Of a DNA stretch of 64,000 bases, positions 24,844 through 36,906 are shown piece after piece. Position 1 is the first letter of the stretch. The number at the start of each line of letters is the position of its first letter. A program made the translations under genes and the position numbers. Under the pieces are notes generated by a model. That model made no database searches and was not told where the DNA came from. It was given only the letters and a program-made list of their open reading frames with translations. Origin of the DNA: Octopus vulgaris (lineage: Eukaryota); the NCBI GenBank assembly GCA_951406725.2, contig OX597824.1, positions 66,960,001-67,024,000 on the forward strand, in the 5' to 3' direction.

Positions 24844-27120
24844 ATATATATGAAAGGCTTCTTTTAGTTACCATCCACCAGATCCACTTACAAGGTTTTG
24901 GTCAGCCAAGGCTAAAGTAGAAGACACCTATCAAGGTACCATATAGTAAGACTGAACTCAGTCATGTGGTTGGGAAGCAAATATCTTACCACATAGCCAC
25001 ACTGGCTATTTTAGAAATAAATTTTGTGTGTGTGTGTGTGTCTGTGTGTGTAAATGTCTCCATACAGAACAAACTTGCTTTTTTTAAGCACTAAGAGCAG
25101 GAACATACACACGCACACACACATTCTGAATTGACATGAGCACACACTCACATAAACTAAAGTTCACACACGTAAACACACAGACTTGTCATACAATAAC
25201 CGCATGTATCTGATTACATTCTCACACTTTGAGAACAAATATCAGTTCTGAATATCCAAGAAGTTCTATTGACCATCCTTGTTTCGAGGTCAACATCTTA
25301 ACATAAACTCTTTAGAATACAGGAAATTATTGTGACAAATGTCTTAACAATTAAGACATTGTTTCTATCTAACCCCTCTGTGACTTGCACACTGTGAGCA
25401 TCAAATTTCCTCTTATACATAAATGTTGTGAGGTTAACCCTTCAAACCTGTGAGGAAACTTTAACAATTGTGATTTTGATTGACTATGCTCCAGAGAGAT
25501 GCAAAAGCAGGTAGCCACATAGTTTTGTGTTTCATCATCATCAATTTTGTAATGTTCATTTTTTTCATGCTTGCACAGGTTACATGTAATTTGTTTAGGT
25601 GGAGTTTCTATGGCTGGATGCCCTTCCAGTTGCCAACCCTCACCTGTTTCCAAGTAAATTAATATTTTCCCCATGACCAGACATGTTTTCATGGAAGGTT
25701 GGAAATGAAGGACACAACTTGTATGAAGGTGACATGTGGTGTCAAGGCAATTAAACATTAATATGCACTCACGCACTCACTCACACACACACATGCTGTA
25801 AAGTGATAGATGTTGTAAGTCATTCAGCCATAGAAACTGTCCCAAAGCAGACATTGGAGCAAAATGGAGTCCTTGGACTCCCTGGATTTTGTCAAACTGT
25901 CCAATCCATGCCAGCATGGAGCATAGACATTAAATGATGATGATAGACATATATCAGTGTTGTCCTTTAATGTCCACTTTTTCATTCTTGTGTGAGTTAA
26001 CTGGATTTTATTGAGACAGTTTTCCTATGGCCAAATGACCTTCCTGTAGCCAACCCTCACCTGATTGTTGAAGTAAGGTAATATTTCCCTTTGACAGGAC
26101 ATGTTTGCATGAAAGACTGGAAATGAATGACTACATGCGTGATGGTGACACTCACAACCTCATGTGATGCTAGGATGAGGACACACACACACACACATGT
26201 ATACACTACAAGGTCACCTCCTCCAATGCTCCCTCCCCTCTCAAAGAATCATTGTTTTGCAAGTTACTTAGTGACCCTGCCAGTGATGGTGCCACATAAA
26301 ATGCATCCAGTCCACACTGTAATGGCTTGGCATTTGGAAGGGCATCCAGCTGTAAAGACCATGCCAAAACTGACCTCTTCTGTGTTGGTGCTATGTAAAA
26401 AGCACTCAGTCCACTTTGCAAAGTAGTTAGTGTTATGAAGGGCATCCAGTCATAAAAACCATGCCAAAATAGACAGAAGTTTGGTGCAGATTTCTGCCTG
26501 GCTGTCTCCTGTCTAATCATCCAACTCCTGCCAGCATGTGGAGGGTGGATGTTCAACAATGATGATGAGAATCACAAAAACACACAAACACAAATTTACA
26601 AACTTACACACAGGTAATCACAAGTTTAAAATGGTGTATAGTAGACATGTATGTATGTGTGTGAGTGTTTCTTTGTAATGGACACCAGAAAAACCATCTA
26701 CCCCCTCTCTCCTTAAAACTACATATTCCTCACACCCACCTTTCTGCGTGTGTGTGTGTTGTATCTATGTATTTATGAAAGTATGTATGCAGTGTTGCAT
26801 GTATATGATAGCTGTATTAATGTTAAGATCCCATTGCCACTGCTGTTCTCACCTTCACTGATATAAGTCACTTTCAATCTGCTACCACCTTTCCTTCTCA
26901 CTGATACTCTTTGCAACCTTCCCATTTTATCATATAATTTGCCTGGGGGGCACATAGATTTTTATTGAAATCTAATTAGCCTATTATTGAACTGGATGTT
27001 AGTGTAACATGTATACAAAGTTTCGTGAATATTGGTTTGCTGGTTTAGGCACTAAGATGGTAACAGACAGACAGAAATTGCTATGTATATATAAGGTGTA
27101 TAATTTTAATTTATAAATAC

Positions 27121-27732
27121 CTTGTAAAATACTCCTCCAGCTGTTTATGGCTGGCCAAGATCATCTTGCCCAGAGTATGGTGTGATATTGATGTCTTGCT
27201 GGAGTTCAGCGTCTTGAACAGACCAATCAAGGTGGGGGCTCCACTACATGCAGCAGTAGCATGTTGTCAACAAACAGGTCTACAATCCTTCTGTCCACCA
27301 TAGACTGATGGAGCCAGTGCCAGCAGTTTGGGTAAATGCTTTGCCAATGCTGGGCTGGCATGCTCTCTTTGCACTGGCTGCAATGACTGACTATTAGCAC
27401 TGCTACCAGAAGATTGTCTGTGTTTCCCACAGGAAGGGCGGGCCTTGACCCTCTCCTCAAACTGGATGACCTGTGCTGGGTGTTTCCTTTTGACATGTAA
27501 CTTCAAGTTGTAGAGGCTCACTGCTTGTCCCTCAATGGTGGTCTCCTTGGGCTGGCACATGATGCACCAGTAGTACAGGATTTTGGTATTCCTCTTATCC
27601 CTTGACATAAGAACAAAGTAGTCCTCCATGTGGGGCCACAGGTTCTGAAATTTTTGGCTCTCAACTTGAGTGACCTCTGCCTCACCCACAGCTGTTGCAG
27701 ACGCCCCAAAAGGCCCTTCATCTTCAGTCAGG
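27121..27732 (-). mobile_element. hAT transposase 5' fragment (BED zinc finger and following DNA-binding region), frameshifted
   Basis: WPHMEDYF..CIMCQP..SLYNLKLHVKRKHP, then VDRRIVDLFVDNMLLLHVVEP and LFKTLNS..TL in shifted frames; bounded by TTCAG acceptor and AG|GTATTT donor. Confidence 0.75.
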
Positions 27733-27944
27733 CTGAACAATAACATTTTCATCTTCCATAACAATAAGTGATAACTTGATAAGCTGCTAACATACACTGC
27801 TGTCATTGTCTCTGTAACACTATCTGTAATGTGACAATGTTGTAAGTGAACACAACTCAAAACTGCAGAATTACACAATGCTGCTCAGCTTGCTGCTGCT
27901 GTGTCAACCAATCACATTTTGTCATGTGTACATGTAGTCAGCCA

Positions 27945-28355
27945 ATGGAAGTGCCAAAGGAGCATATTCAGTATATTTTGTTTAAAGAGTTCAATGAAGG
28001 CAACAACACAACGGAAAGCGTGAGGAATATTAATGCAGTATATGGGGATCTGACAATAAGCGTAATCCAGTGCCAATGGTGGTTCTAGAAATTCTGAGCC
28101 AGAAACTACAACCTAGAAAATGAGCCCTATCCGGGAAGATCTGCAGAGCTTGATGGAGATATCTTGCAAACCCTGGTGGAACAAAATCCCATTGTAACTG
28201 TTGAGGAGCTAGCAGAGAAGCTTGGATTTGGTTATTCATTGACACCTGCGTGCCATCGGAAAAGTCAACAAATTGGGTCAATGGGTTCCTCACAAACTTT
28301 CCGAGTTTAATCACCTGCAGAGAGTGAATGTGTGCTCTCCTTTGCTGTCATGTGA
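27945..28355 (+). mobile_element. Mariner transposase N-terminal fragment (pseudogene)
   Basis: MEVPKEHIQYILFKEFNEG..INAVYGD..WF*KF, SGR, LGQWVPHKL motif; stops and frameshifts. Confidence 0.85.
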
Positions 28356-28502
28356 GATGCAGCACGGAATTTTGTCAGTGAACAGGTCATGGTCTTAAAG
28401 CGACGAAAATATTTTGACAAATTAAATTTAAATGTTGAAGTGAATCTAACGGTTTTTGTGTGTTTCTTAAATGGCTTATAAACACCTTCTACACTGTAAT
28501 TG

Positions 28503-28540
<38 letters not shown>

Positions 28541-28559
28541 ATATATATATCATCATCAT

Positions 28560-28598
<39 letters not shown>

Positions 28599-29320
28599 AT
28601 GTAATAAATGTGAATGTCAGTGTATCACACTTTTCCAACTTTACTCCTAGAGGCTGTAGCCCAGCATATATTATTTTGGAATCAGACTGACTCCTTGAGG
28701 TCCAGAAATTTTGGATTCCGAATTTTCATTATGGGTGAACAAAAAGTAAATAAAAATTAAGGGGAGATGATTAATAAAAGAAGCAAAGGGATGTAAGCCA
28801 ACTTACCTAACTTACTTTACCCAGAGACACACCCAGGTACCTTAATCTTATCTACCAAATACTTCAGTTCACTGAAGGGATGGAAGTAGAGTGGGGTACT
28901 ATGGCCTCTTTACTGAAACAGCTGTAAGATACTATCCTACTTTCTATGCTCTACGTTATATATTTTAATAATTACTGGTATTTTTATATATTATATATCT
29001 AAAGCATAATATGTTATACATGTATGTATATTTTTATAATTGTTTTTTTTAAAAATAAATAAAAATAATATAATGTCTAAAAGTTGATGAATATTACCTC
29101 TTGATCCCCTCCATTTTCTTATTGCTGTATATATACATATATGTGTGTGTGTGTGTTTGTGTTATATAAATGTGTGTGTGTGTATATATATGTGTGTGTT
29201 TTATAAATGTATGTATATATGTGTGTCTTATATTAATGTATGTCTATATGTGTGTGTTTTATATATGTATGTATATATGTGCATGTGTTATATGTATGTA
29301 TGTATGTGTGTGTGTGTGTT

Positions 29321-29351
<31 letters not shown>

Positions 29352-29386
29352 CACACATACACAAATCATTTTTCCATTCCTTTTAG

Positions 29387-29557
29387 CTGGAAGAAATAAT
29401 TCAGAACCAAAATAACAGTGACATAGCAATGCGATCCCTTGATAATGTCATCGCCAATAAAAATGAAGACATCCAAGATCTGTTTTCATATCTAAATAGC
29501 TCTTTACTGGATTTCCAAACACAGCTACATAATATTAGTAAAATGACTGGACCTCAG
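29387..29557 (+). CDS. Type II membrane protein, coding exon 5 (LEEIIQNQNNSD..LHNISKMTGPQ)
   Basis: TTTTAG acceptor, CAG|GTATGG donor, 171 nt, phase 0 to 0; helical heptads and three N-glycosylation sequons. Confidence 0.88.
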
Positions 29558-30264
29558 GTATGGATACTTACTTTTATATATTGTATTTTTAAATATTGTA
29601 TGTCTTTGAGCATATTTTCATAGATATGAATGTTTGCATACAGTCATATTTGTGTGTGTATGTATACTAGAACAAAGACAAAAACAGATGCTATTTTAAT
29701 AGTTTGAATGCATTTAACACATATATCTCCAGTGGTTATCTAAGGTAGATCTTAATACTTTCCTTAATCAAACATCTTCAAATATATTTTAAATGTTTGA
29801 CTGAGGAATAGATTAGGTAACATCTGTCTTATATAACTACCAGAAACACATGTCTTAAATGCATTCAAAACATCACGATATCAACATTCGGTTTTGTTTT
29901 CATTCTGGTATTATGCAATTTTGTTCGATAACAATCTGTTTGTCCCTGCTTCAATAACATGGTTAATACAACTTTTGTAGGAGCAAAATGTTTTACCAGA
30001 AAAAAGTTGAAAAATTCTGGTAAAGTATATTGCATCAAATCATATGTGTGTATATGCATATGCTGGCATATATACAATGCATGTAAGTCTAAATTTTAAA
30101 AGAACTATTTCATCATTTTCATCTCAAAGTCAAATCTAATTACACATAAATTCAGTAAAATGTAAAATTATTTAAATCTTATTTAAACATGACCATATAC
30201 TGGTTGGATATATTTGCATTTGTTTATATATATATATCTGTATGTACACACTCACATACACAGA

Positions 30265-30319
<55 letters not shown>

Positions 30320-30323
<4 letters not shown>

Positions 30324-32335
30324 ATTCGAGACAAAACCACTATTTTAAAACCAAACAAGGAAAGACTTAATCAATACATAAAATTTTAATATAAATTAAA
30401 TAAACCGCCACTACAAATGTTTCATGTCTGCTCCGACAATCTTCAGGTGGATTTTCGATCTAAGAATAGCAATATTTTAAAATATAATTTAAAATAATTT
30501 AAAATAATAAAACAATAAAATTATCAATGAAAGAATGTAAAAAAATAAAAATATAATCTATATATAATCTATATATAATCTATATATAATCAATATATAA
30601 TCTAAAATAATCTAAAATTAACCCTATAAACAATTGAATATAAAAACCTATTATAAAATTTCTCATATTTAAAAATGTACAAAAACCAAAAAACAACAAG
30701 CAAAAAACAAAAACCAAAACCTAAAAACAAAAACAAAAAATAAACTATATATACACATACATGCTCATACACTCAACACATTACTTATTCATACTTCCTC
30801 ACACACACATACAACACTCAATTCATAAACAATATACATATACCCGCTCTCACATACATATACATACACATACATACAGAACACGATATATACCAATATA
30901 TAAACACCCACACCCATACAGATAAATAAATTACGCAAACAATCACACACACACACACACACACATTTTCACACATACATAAACACTCAAAAGAAAACCG
31001 AACAATTCTTAGTACGTGGATATCAAACATTTAAAAAAAATTATGAATGGAAATGAAATCCATACATTCAAGTATAAATATAACTATACAAACCCTAACA
31101 CAATACACACAAATACACACACATATATACACACACCCACAAACATAACCATATACACACTCACACATACATATACATACGTACAAGTCCCGATACAAAC
31201 AAACTTTAATAAAACGACCATGAAAAACGAAAACTCATATATATTAATATATATATAAAAAAGAGTGTGTACACACAGACGGGTGCAATCACACGCACAT
31301 TCAAAACTTACATATATACAAGTGCATAAATAATCACACCCAATTACATAGCACTCATACACTCCCACATCTACACTTACACTTGTACACTCTCACACAT
31401 ACATACACACCCATACCTACATACAAAAAATTCTTAGTAAAATAATCATGATAAATAAAATCCATACATACAAGTATAAATATAAAGATACAACCCATTA
31501 CACAATACACATAAATACACACACATATATACACACACCCACAAACATAACCATATACACACTCACACATACAAATAATACGTACAAAACTCGATACAAT
31601 CAAATACGCACACGCACACAAATTCACACATACATAAACATACAAAAGAAAACAACATCTCTACACATAATACGATATATAAAATACTCCATAAGAAATC
31701 AGATTATCATAAGTAACAAGATTAACAAAGGAGAAAAATATACATACCTTCTAATCAGTATCAAATTTTGAAGTGAATAACTTTATCCGTTATTACAATA
31801 AACAAAAAATTGCGTTACCATGGAACCGAACATATAAAAATTATTAGCGCCGCGTAAAACAGCGTCTTTAAAATTATGAATGGAATATAAAAATCTTAGC
31901 GCGTAGTAAACAAACGTAAATAAAAAATTATGAATGGATATACAAAACTTTCTACAAATTCTTTAAAAAAACTATAAAAAACGAAAACTCATATAGATAT
32001 TAATATATATATAAAAAAAATGAGTGTGTACACGCAGACGGGTGCAATCACACGGACATTCAAAACTTGCATGTATACAAGTACATAAATAATCACACTC
32101 AATTACATAGCACTCATACACTACCGCATCTATACTTACACTTGTACACACGCACACATACATACACACCCATACCTACATACAAAATACTTATTAAACT
32201 AATCATGATAATGAAGTCTATACATACAAATATAAAGATAAAGATAAAACCCCATTCATACACAATACACACAAATACACACACATATATACACACACCA
32301 CAAACATAACCACATATATACACACACGCACATAT
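30320..32335 (-). mobile_element. ORF-less, TA-flanked insertion with internal duplications, probably a non-autonomous Penelope-like element
   Basis: Hammerhead motif near one end; blocks 31220-31570 and 31975-32325 are diverged direct copies; strong A/C strand skew. Confidence 0.5.
30408..30450 (-). ncRNA. Minimal type I hammerhead ribozyme motif
   Basis: Minus strand: ccac-CTGAAGA-t-tgtc(ggagca)gaca-t-GAAA-c(attt)g-TA-gtgg; stems I and II pair, both core boxes intact, GUA cleavage triplet. Confidence 0.7.
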
Positions 32336-32370
32336 ATATTAATTTCCATTGTAATCTACAATACTTTCAG

Positions 32371-32481
32371 GGTCCACCTGGTGTTGGAGATCTTTCCAAA
32401 TGTATATACGAGTCCAGGCATAACTCAGGTGGACAGGATGTGACCTCAACAATATGGGCTCCACTTCAGAACAAGCTTAAA
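32371..32481 (+). CDS. Type II membrane protein, coding exon 6 (GPPGVGDLSKCIYESRHNSGGQDVTSTIWAPLQNKLK)
   Basis: CTTTCAG acceptor, GTAAGT donor, 111 nt, phase 0 to 0; continues Gly-X-Y from exon 5. Confidence 0.88.
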
Positions 32482-32686
32482 GTAAGTACTATATAACTTA
32501 ATTTTAGATTACTATTTTCCAGTTGGCATGATGGTTGGTCACTCTGTAATTTTGGGACCTATGGAGTAAATACATAATCTCTTACTCAAAAATGGGTTAG
32601 GTTTTGTGACAAGAACATCTTGTAAAATCCAACCTCAAAATTCAATCCTCGTCAATACCATGTGATCATTGAAAAATGGGTGACAG

Positions 32687-33443
32687 AATTTCTGGTTTAA
32701 GATTCCCATATAATTCCTCACATTTCTTTTTTGGCATTTTCAGAAGGTTTTAGCAAATTTGTGTTCTACACTTGGAAATTCATATGATTATGAAAAATAA
32801 AAAAATATTTTTTTATATTTATACCGCACCCACCCATAAATCCTAAAATTTCCACTCTTTTTCAAATTTCTTTTTAAAATCAGAGTTTAAAATAGAGACA
32901 GTCTGAATTTTTTGCTTAAATCCCTGCAATGGATCACCCTTGGGTGCATCATCATTCCATAAAGTGTGTTTATGGGGAGAAAAATATTGAAAAACATCAA
33001 TACATATCAGTGACAAAGAAGCGAGGAAGGTATCAGATAAATGTCGAATGTGCTAAAAAAAAAAACGAAATTACCCTTAAATCACCAACTAAATAAAAAC
33101 TTTTTTGCATTATTGTATGAATTCTTGTGTGTAGAAAACAAATTTGTAAAAATTTTCTGAAAATTCCTAGAAATAAAAAAAGTTATGTGAGGTTACATGG
33201 GATGTTTAACCCTTTTGTTACCAGCCTGGTTGAAACCAGCTCTGGTTCTGAGTACAAATGTCTTGTTTTCATAAGTTTTGAATTAAAATCTTTCACCAAA
33301 CCTTAATCACAATTTATGTTCCTAACACTAGCTGAATGATAACTAAGTTATTTAACTAAATTCGTTGTTATATTTAAAGTAATTGATAGAAACACAGAAC
33401 ATCTCAAAATAATTACAGTAACAAAAGGGTTAAACCAAAATTC
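32687..33443. mobile_element. Non-autonomous DNA transposon with ~130-bp TIRs, right TIR split by a TTAA MITE
   Basis: GAATTTCTGGTTTAAGATTCCCATATAA..CCTCACAT is mirrored by ATGTGAGGTTACATGGGATGTTTAA/ACCAAAATTC. Confidence 0.65.
33210..33429. mobile_element. piggyBac-like 220-bp MITE
   Basis: TTAA|CCCTTTTGTTAC...GTAACAAAAGGG|TTAA; about ten degenerate relatives (3420, 4430-4790, 12150, 15543, 34455, 39170, 46655, 47033, 60760). Confidence 0.85.
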
Positions 33444-33909
33444 CACAAAATTGGACGTTAAGCAAACTTTGTATTGATTTTACATTGATTCACATTTCAA
33501 TCTTTTTACCCATTAGCATTTCAACTGGCCACATTGGACCAAAATATTGTTCCATTCACCTTTTTTGTGTTCAAACCAACCAGATCTGGCCTGTCATGTT
33601 ATTATAAAAATAATACAACCACATGTGAATGTGAATAAATAAGTATTACATTTGGATTTGGTATTTACACAAGTACAGTATCCTGTCAGCAATTGATGTT
33701 TACAATTTAGCTCTGACATGTTAGATGCCAGAAAATGGTTAGGTATAAAAGTACAATGTGTCTCTATTCTTAATGAATCCTTAACTGAATGTTATTATAT
33801 CCCTTTCACTGTAACTCAATGATTCCAGCTGATCAACTTACATGATGGAAAAGGCGAATCTGGAGTTTTCATTAAAGGACATATGAATTTGTAGCAAAGA
33901 TTTATATAT

Positions 33910-34311
33910 AGGCGTAGGAGTGGCTGTGTGGTAAGTAGCTTGTTTACCAACCACATGGTTCCGGGTTCAGTCCCACTGCGTGGCACCTTGGGCAAGTGTC
34001 TTCTACTATAGCCTCGGGCCGACCAAAGCCTTGTGAGTGGATTTGGTAGAAGAAAACTGAAAGAAGCCCGTCGTATATATGTATATATATATATGCGTGG
34101 GTGTGTTTGTGTGTCTGTGTTTGTCCCCCTAGCATTGCTTGACAACCGATGCTGGTGTGTTTATGTCCCCGTTACTTAGTGGTTCGGCAAAAGAGACCGA
34201 TAGAATAAGTACTGGGCTTACAAAAGAATAAGTTCCGGGGTCGAGTTGGTCGATTAAAAAAGGTGGTGCTCCAGCATGGCCGCAGTCAGATGACTGAAAC
34301 AAGTAAAAGAG
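33910..34311 (+). mobile_element. SINE family A, CpG-rich young full-length copy
   Basis: A-box TGGCTGTGTGG, B-box GGGTTCAGTCCC, core and tail intact, CpGs retained. Confidence 0.9.
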
Positions 34312-34974
34312 TATATACCTAATCCATTCGTAAGACTATTCAGCCTAGGTCTCTAGTAGAAAAGTGTTGCCCAAGGTGCCATGCAGTGGGACTGAACCCA
34401 GAACTGTGTGATTGGGAAAGGAGCTTCTTACCACACAGCCATGCCTAAATACATGCTTTTGTTTCAGTTAATTTACAAAATAATTGAGATTTTAGTAAAA
34501 TAACATTGTTATTAAGCTGGTGTTTGGAACCTAGGTTAATAAAATTTAATGGAAATTTTTAAATTTATATCACTATAAAAACGATTTTTTTTTTCATCAG
34601 AGAAACCAAGTGACAGTCTTGGGTGGATTTGTAACAAAAAGGGTTAAAAGAATAATAAAGATTTTGCAAAAATGTCAGTAATTTTAGGAAACCAAGAGAT
34701 TAGCTGTAAATATACCAACTACTAGGAAACTACTGTTGTTTCTTTCTCAAGAAAAAAATTATGAATCTTCAGATTTTGCTATAGAAATCTGTGATTACCA
34801 GTGCCTGTATACATGAGGCCTGAAAAGAGAGAGTGTAGTTAAAACTACCCTATATACCCTTCTTTAAACTCAGAGATTTCACTACCATTTCCTGCAAACT
34901 AAGCTATCTTGTTGAGCAACCATGATGGGCTTTCTGAACACCTAATGAAAAATTACCTTTATTTTTTTTTTAGT

Positions 34975-35358
34975 AGGCACTGGCATGTCTGTGTGGTAAG
35001 AAGCTTGCCACCCAACCAGATAGTTCTGGGATCAGCCCCTTCTGCATGGCACCTTGGGCAAGTGTCTTCTAAGCCAACCAAAGCCTTGTGAGTGGATTTG
35101 GTCGATGAAAACTGAAAGATGTCCATTGTACGTTTATATATGTGTGTGATTTTGTGTTTGTCTCACACCAACACTTGACAACCAGTCTTGATGTGTTCAC
35201 ATCCTCGTAACTTAGTAGTTTGGCAAAAGAGACCAATAGAATAAATACTAGGCTTCAAAAAATAATTCCTAGGGTCAATTTGTTTGACTAAAACCCTTCA
35301 AGATGGTGCCCCAACGTGGCTGCAGTCTAATGACTGAAACAAGTAAAAGATAAAAGAT
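34975..35358 (+). mobile_element. SINE family A, diverged
   Basis: Head, body and tail align by eye with the 33910 copy. Confidence 0.8.
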
Positions 35359-35489
35359 ACACCATGTCTCATGCGAGCCACTCCTTGGTAAAAAAAAATG
35401 TTACCCATACTTGATATAGAAGCTTTGTTCATGTGTGTTTACTGTTTCATGTGTTGTCATCTGTTTTTCTTTTTCTGTTTCCCTTTCAG

Positions 35490-35654
35490 AACTATATTGT
35501 GATGTCAGCTACATGCTCTGTTTATCACGGTCTGTCGACGCAACTGAGAGAGCAAAACAATCAGTACCAGTGTAAATGTTATGGTCATTACCCCTCAGGC
35601 TCCATGGATAAAGTGTGTTATATTCATCTTTGGCTTTGCCCGAAGAAATCCTGA
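35490..35654 (+). CDS. Type II membrane protein, last coding exon (NYIVMSATCSVYHG..YQCKCYG..VCYIHLWLCPKKS*)
   Basis: Long pyrimidine tract + TTTCAG acceptor, phase 0, 165 nt ending in TGA; five of the six C-terminal cysteines. Confidence 0.9.
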   Translation, partial: NYIVMSATCSVYHGLSTQLREQNNQYQCKCYGHYPSGSMDKVCYIHLWLCPKKS

Positions 35655-36289
35655 TTATGTGTCTTTTGTTGGACAATATGTACAGTACTCACGAAAAGCC
35701 ATAGACGAATGGGAGTATTTTTACCAAGACAAAGCAGAAAGAGGGAAATGCATATACATATATACACACTTACACATACTCACACACATGTATAATATTA
35801 TTGTTGGATTTGCCTACTGTTCTATTATTTCAGGTTTCAAGCCAAAGAGGCAGTCATCTGATGGCATATCGGCAAAATATAAAAAATAATGATTTGGTGA
35901 ATTCTAACAATAGCAAAAGCAAAAAACTAAGTTACTCTACTTTATGTATCGAGTTCTTTTTATCATTTTGTAACACTGCTTGCAAACAGAGTATCATGTA
36001 TATGCATTTTATTGCTTCTGTATATTACAATACATTAACCTTACTTGAATTTACAATATGAGAAGCTTGATAATGTTTATATCTATAGACTTATCAAATA
36101 TGACAAGCATAATATAATAATGTTTATATCAAGAAGGTGTACTTTTTGTTTTATTATATATTTTTATTATGTATATAGTTTATAAATACATTGGCTTTTC
36201 AAGTCTTCTGTCACTTCTTAGGATATCCAATATCCATCTGTTCAATATCACAGTGGTGCAGAAAGACCAAAGCAACCAAAGCAAATAGC

Positions 36290-36461
<172 letters not shown>

Positions 36462-36640
36462 AATGATATGTAATTGTAAGATACAAGGATCTAGGATCTA
36501 AGTGTAGAAAATGGAGCAGGTAAATTCTAGACTGCATATGTTTCCTAGCCAGCAGATCCTTGGAAATAATAATTATTCAATGAGGGGTACTCCACTAACT
36601 ACTTATCAGCCTGAAATATATATACAATATATATTTGTGC

Positions 36641-36684
<44 letters not shown>

Positions 36685-36792
36685 CATCATTAATAAATTC
36701 CAGGGTAGCAAAAAAATTTAGAAAATTTCTTTGCTTCCAGTGGTCTAGCGAGAGGAAAAAACTAGTCAATAGACTATATATTATTCATATAA

Positions 36793-36906
36793 AAATACAG
36801 TGTGCATTTAAGCACATAAGAGATGGCTATAACAGGACTACTCCTTCTAGCGGGTCATATGTCCTGTTATGAGCATCTCTTATGTGTTTAAATGTACACT
36901 GTATTT
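36793..36906. repeat. Inverted repeat, ~46-bp arms and 22-nt loop
   Basis: AAATACAGTGTGCATTTAAGCACATAAGAGATG..ATAACAGGAC pairs with GTCCTGTTAT..CATCTCTTATGTGTTTAAATGTACACTGTATTT. Confidence 0.9.

Noticed and set aside
29145-29415. Cys/Val/Tyr-rich ORFs (also 37055-37430, 38644-38968, 49534-49785, 57567-57877)
   Set aside because: Translations of (TG)n/(TA)n/(TACA)n microsatellites.
35581-35889. 102-aa ORF overlapping the last exon in another frame
   Set aside because: No acceptor in that phase, no recognisable domain, and it runs into a CA-rich tract.
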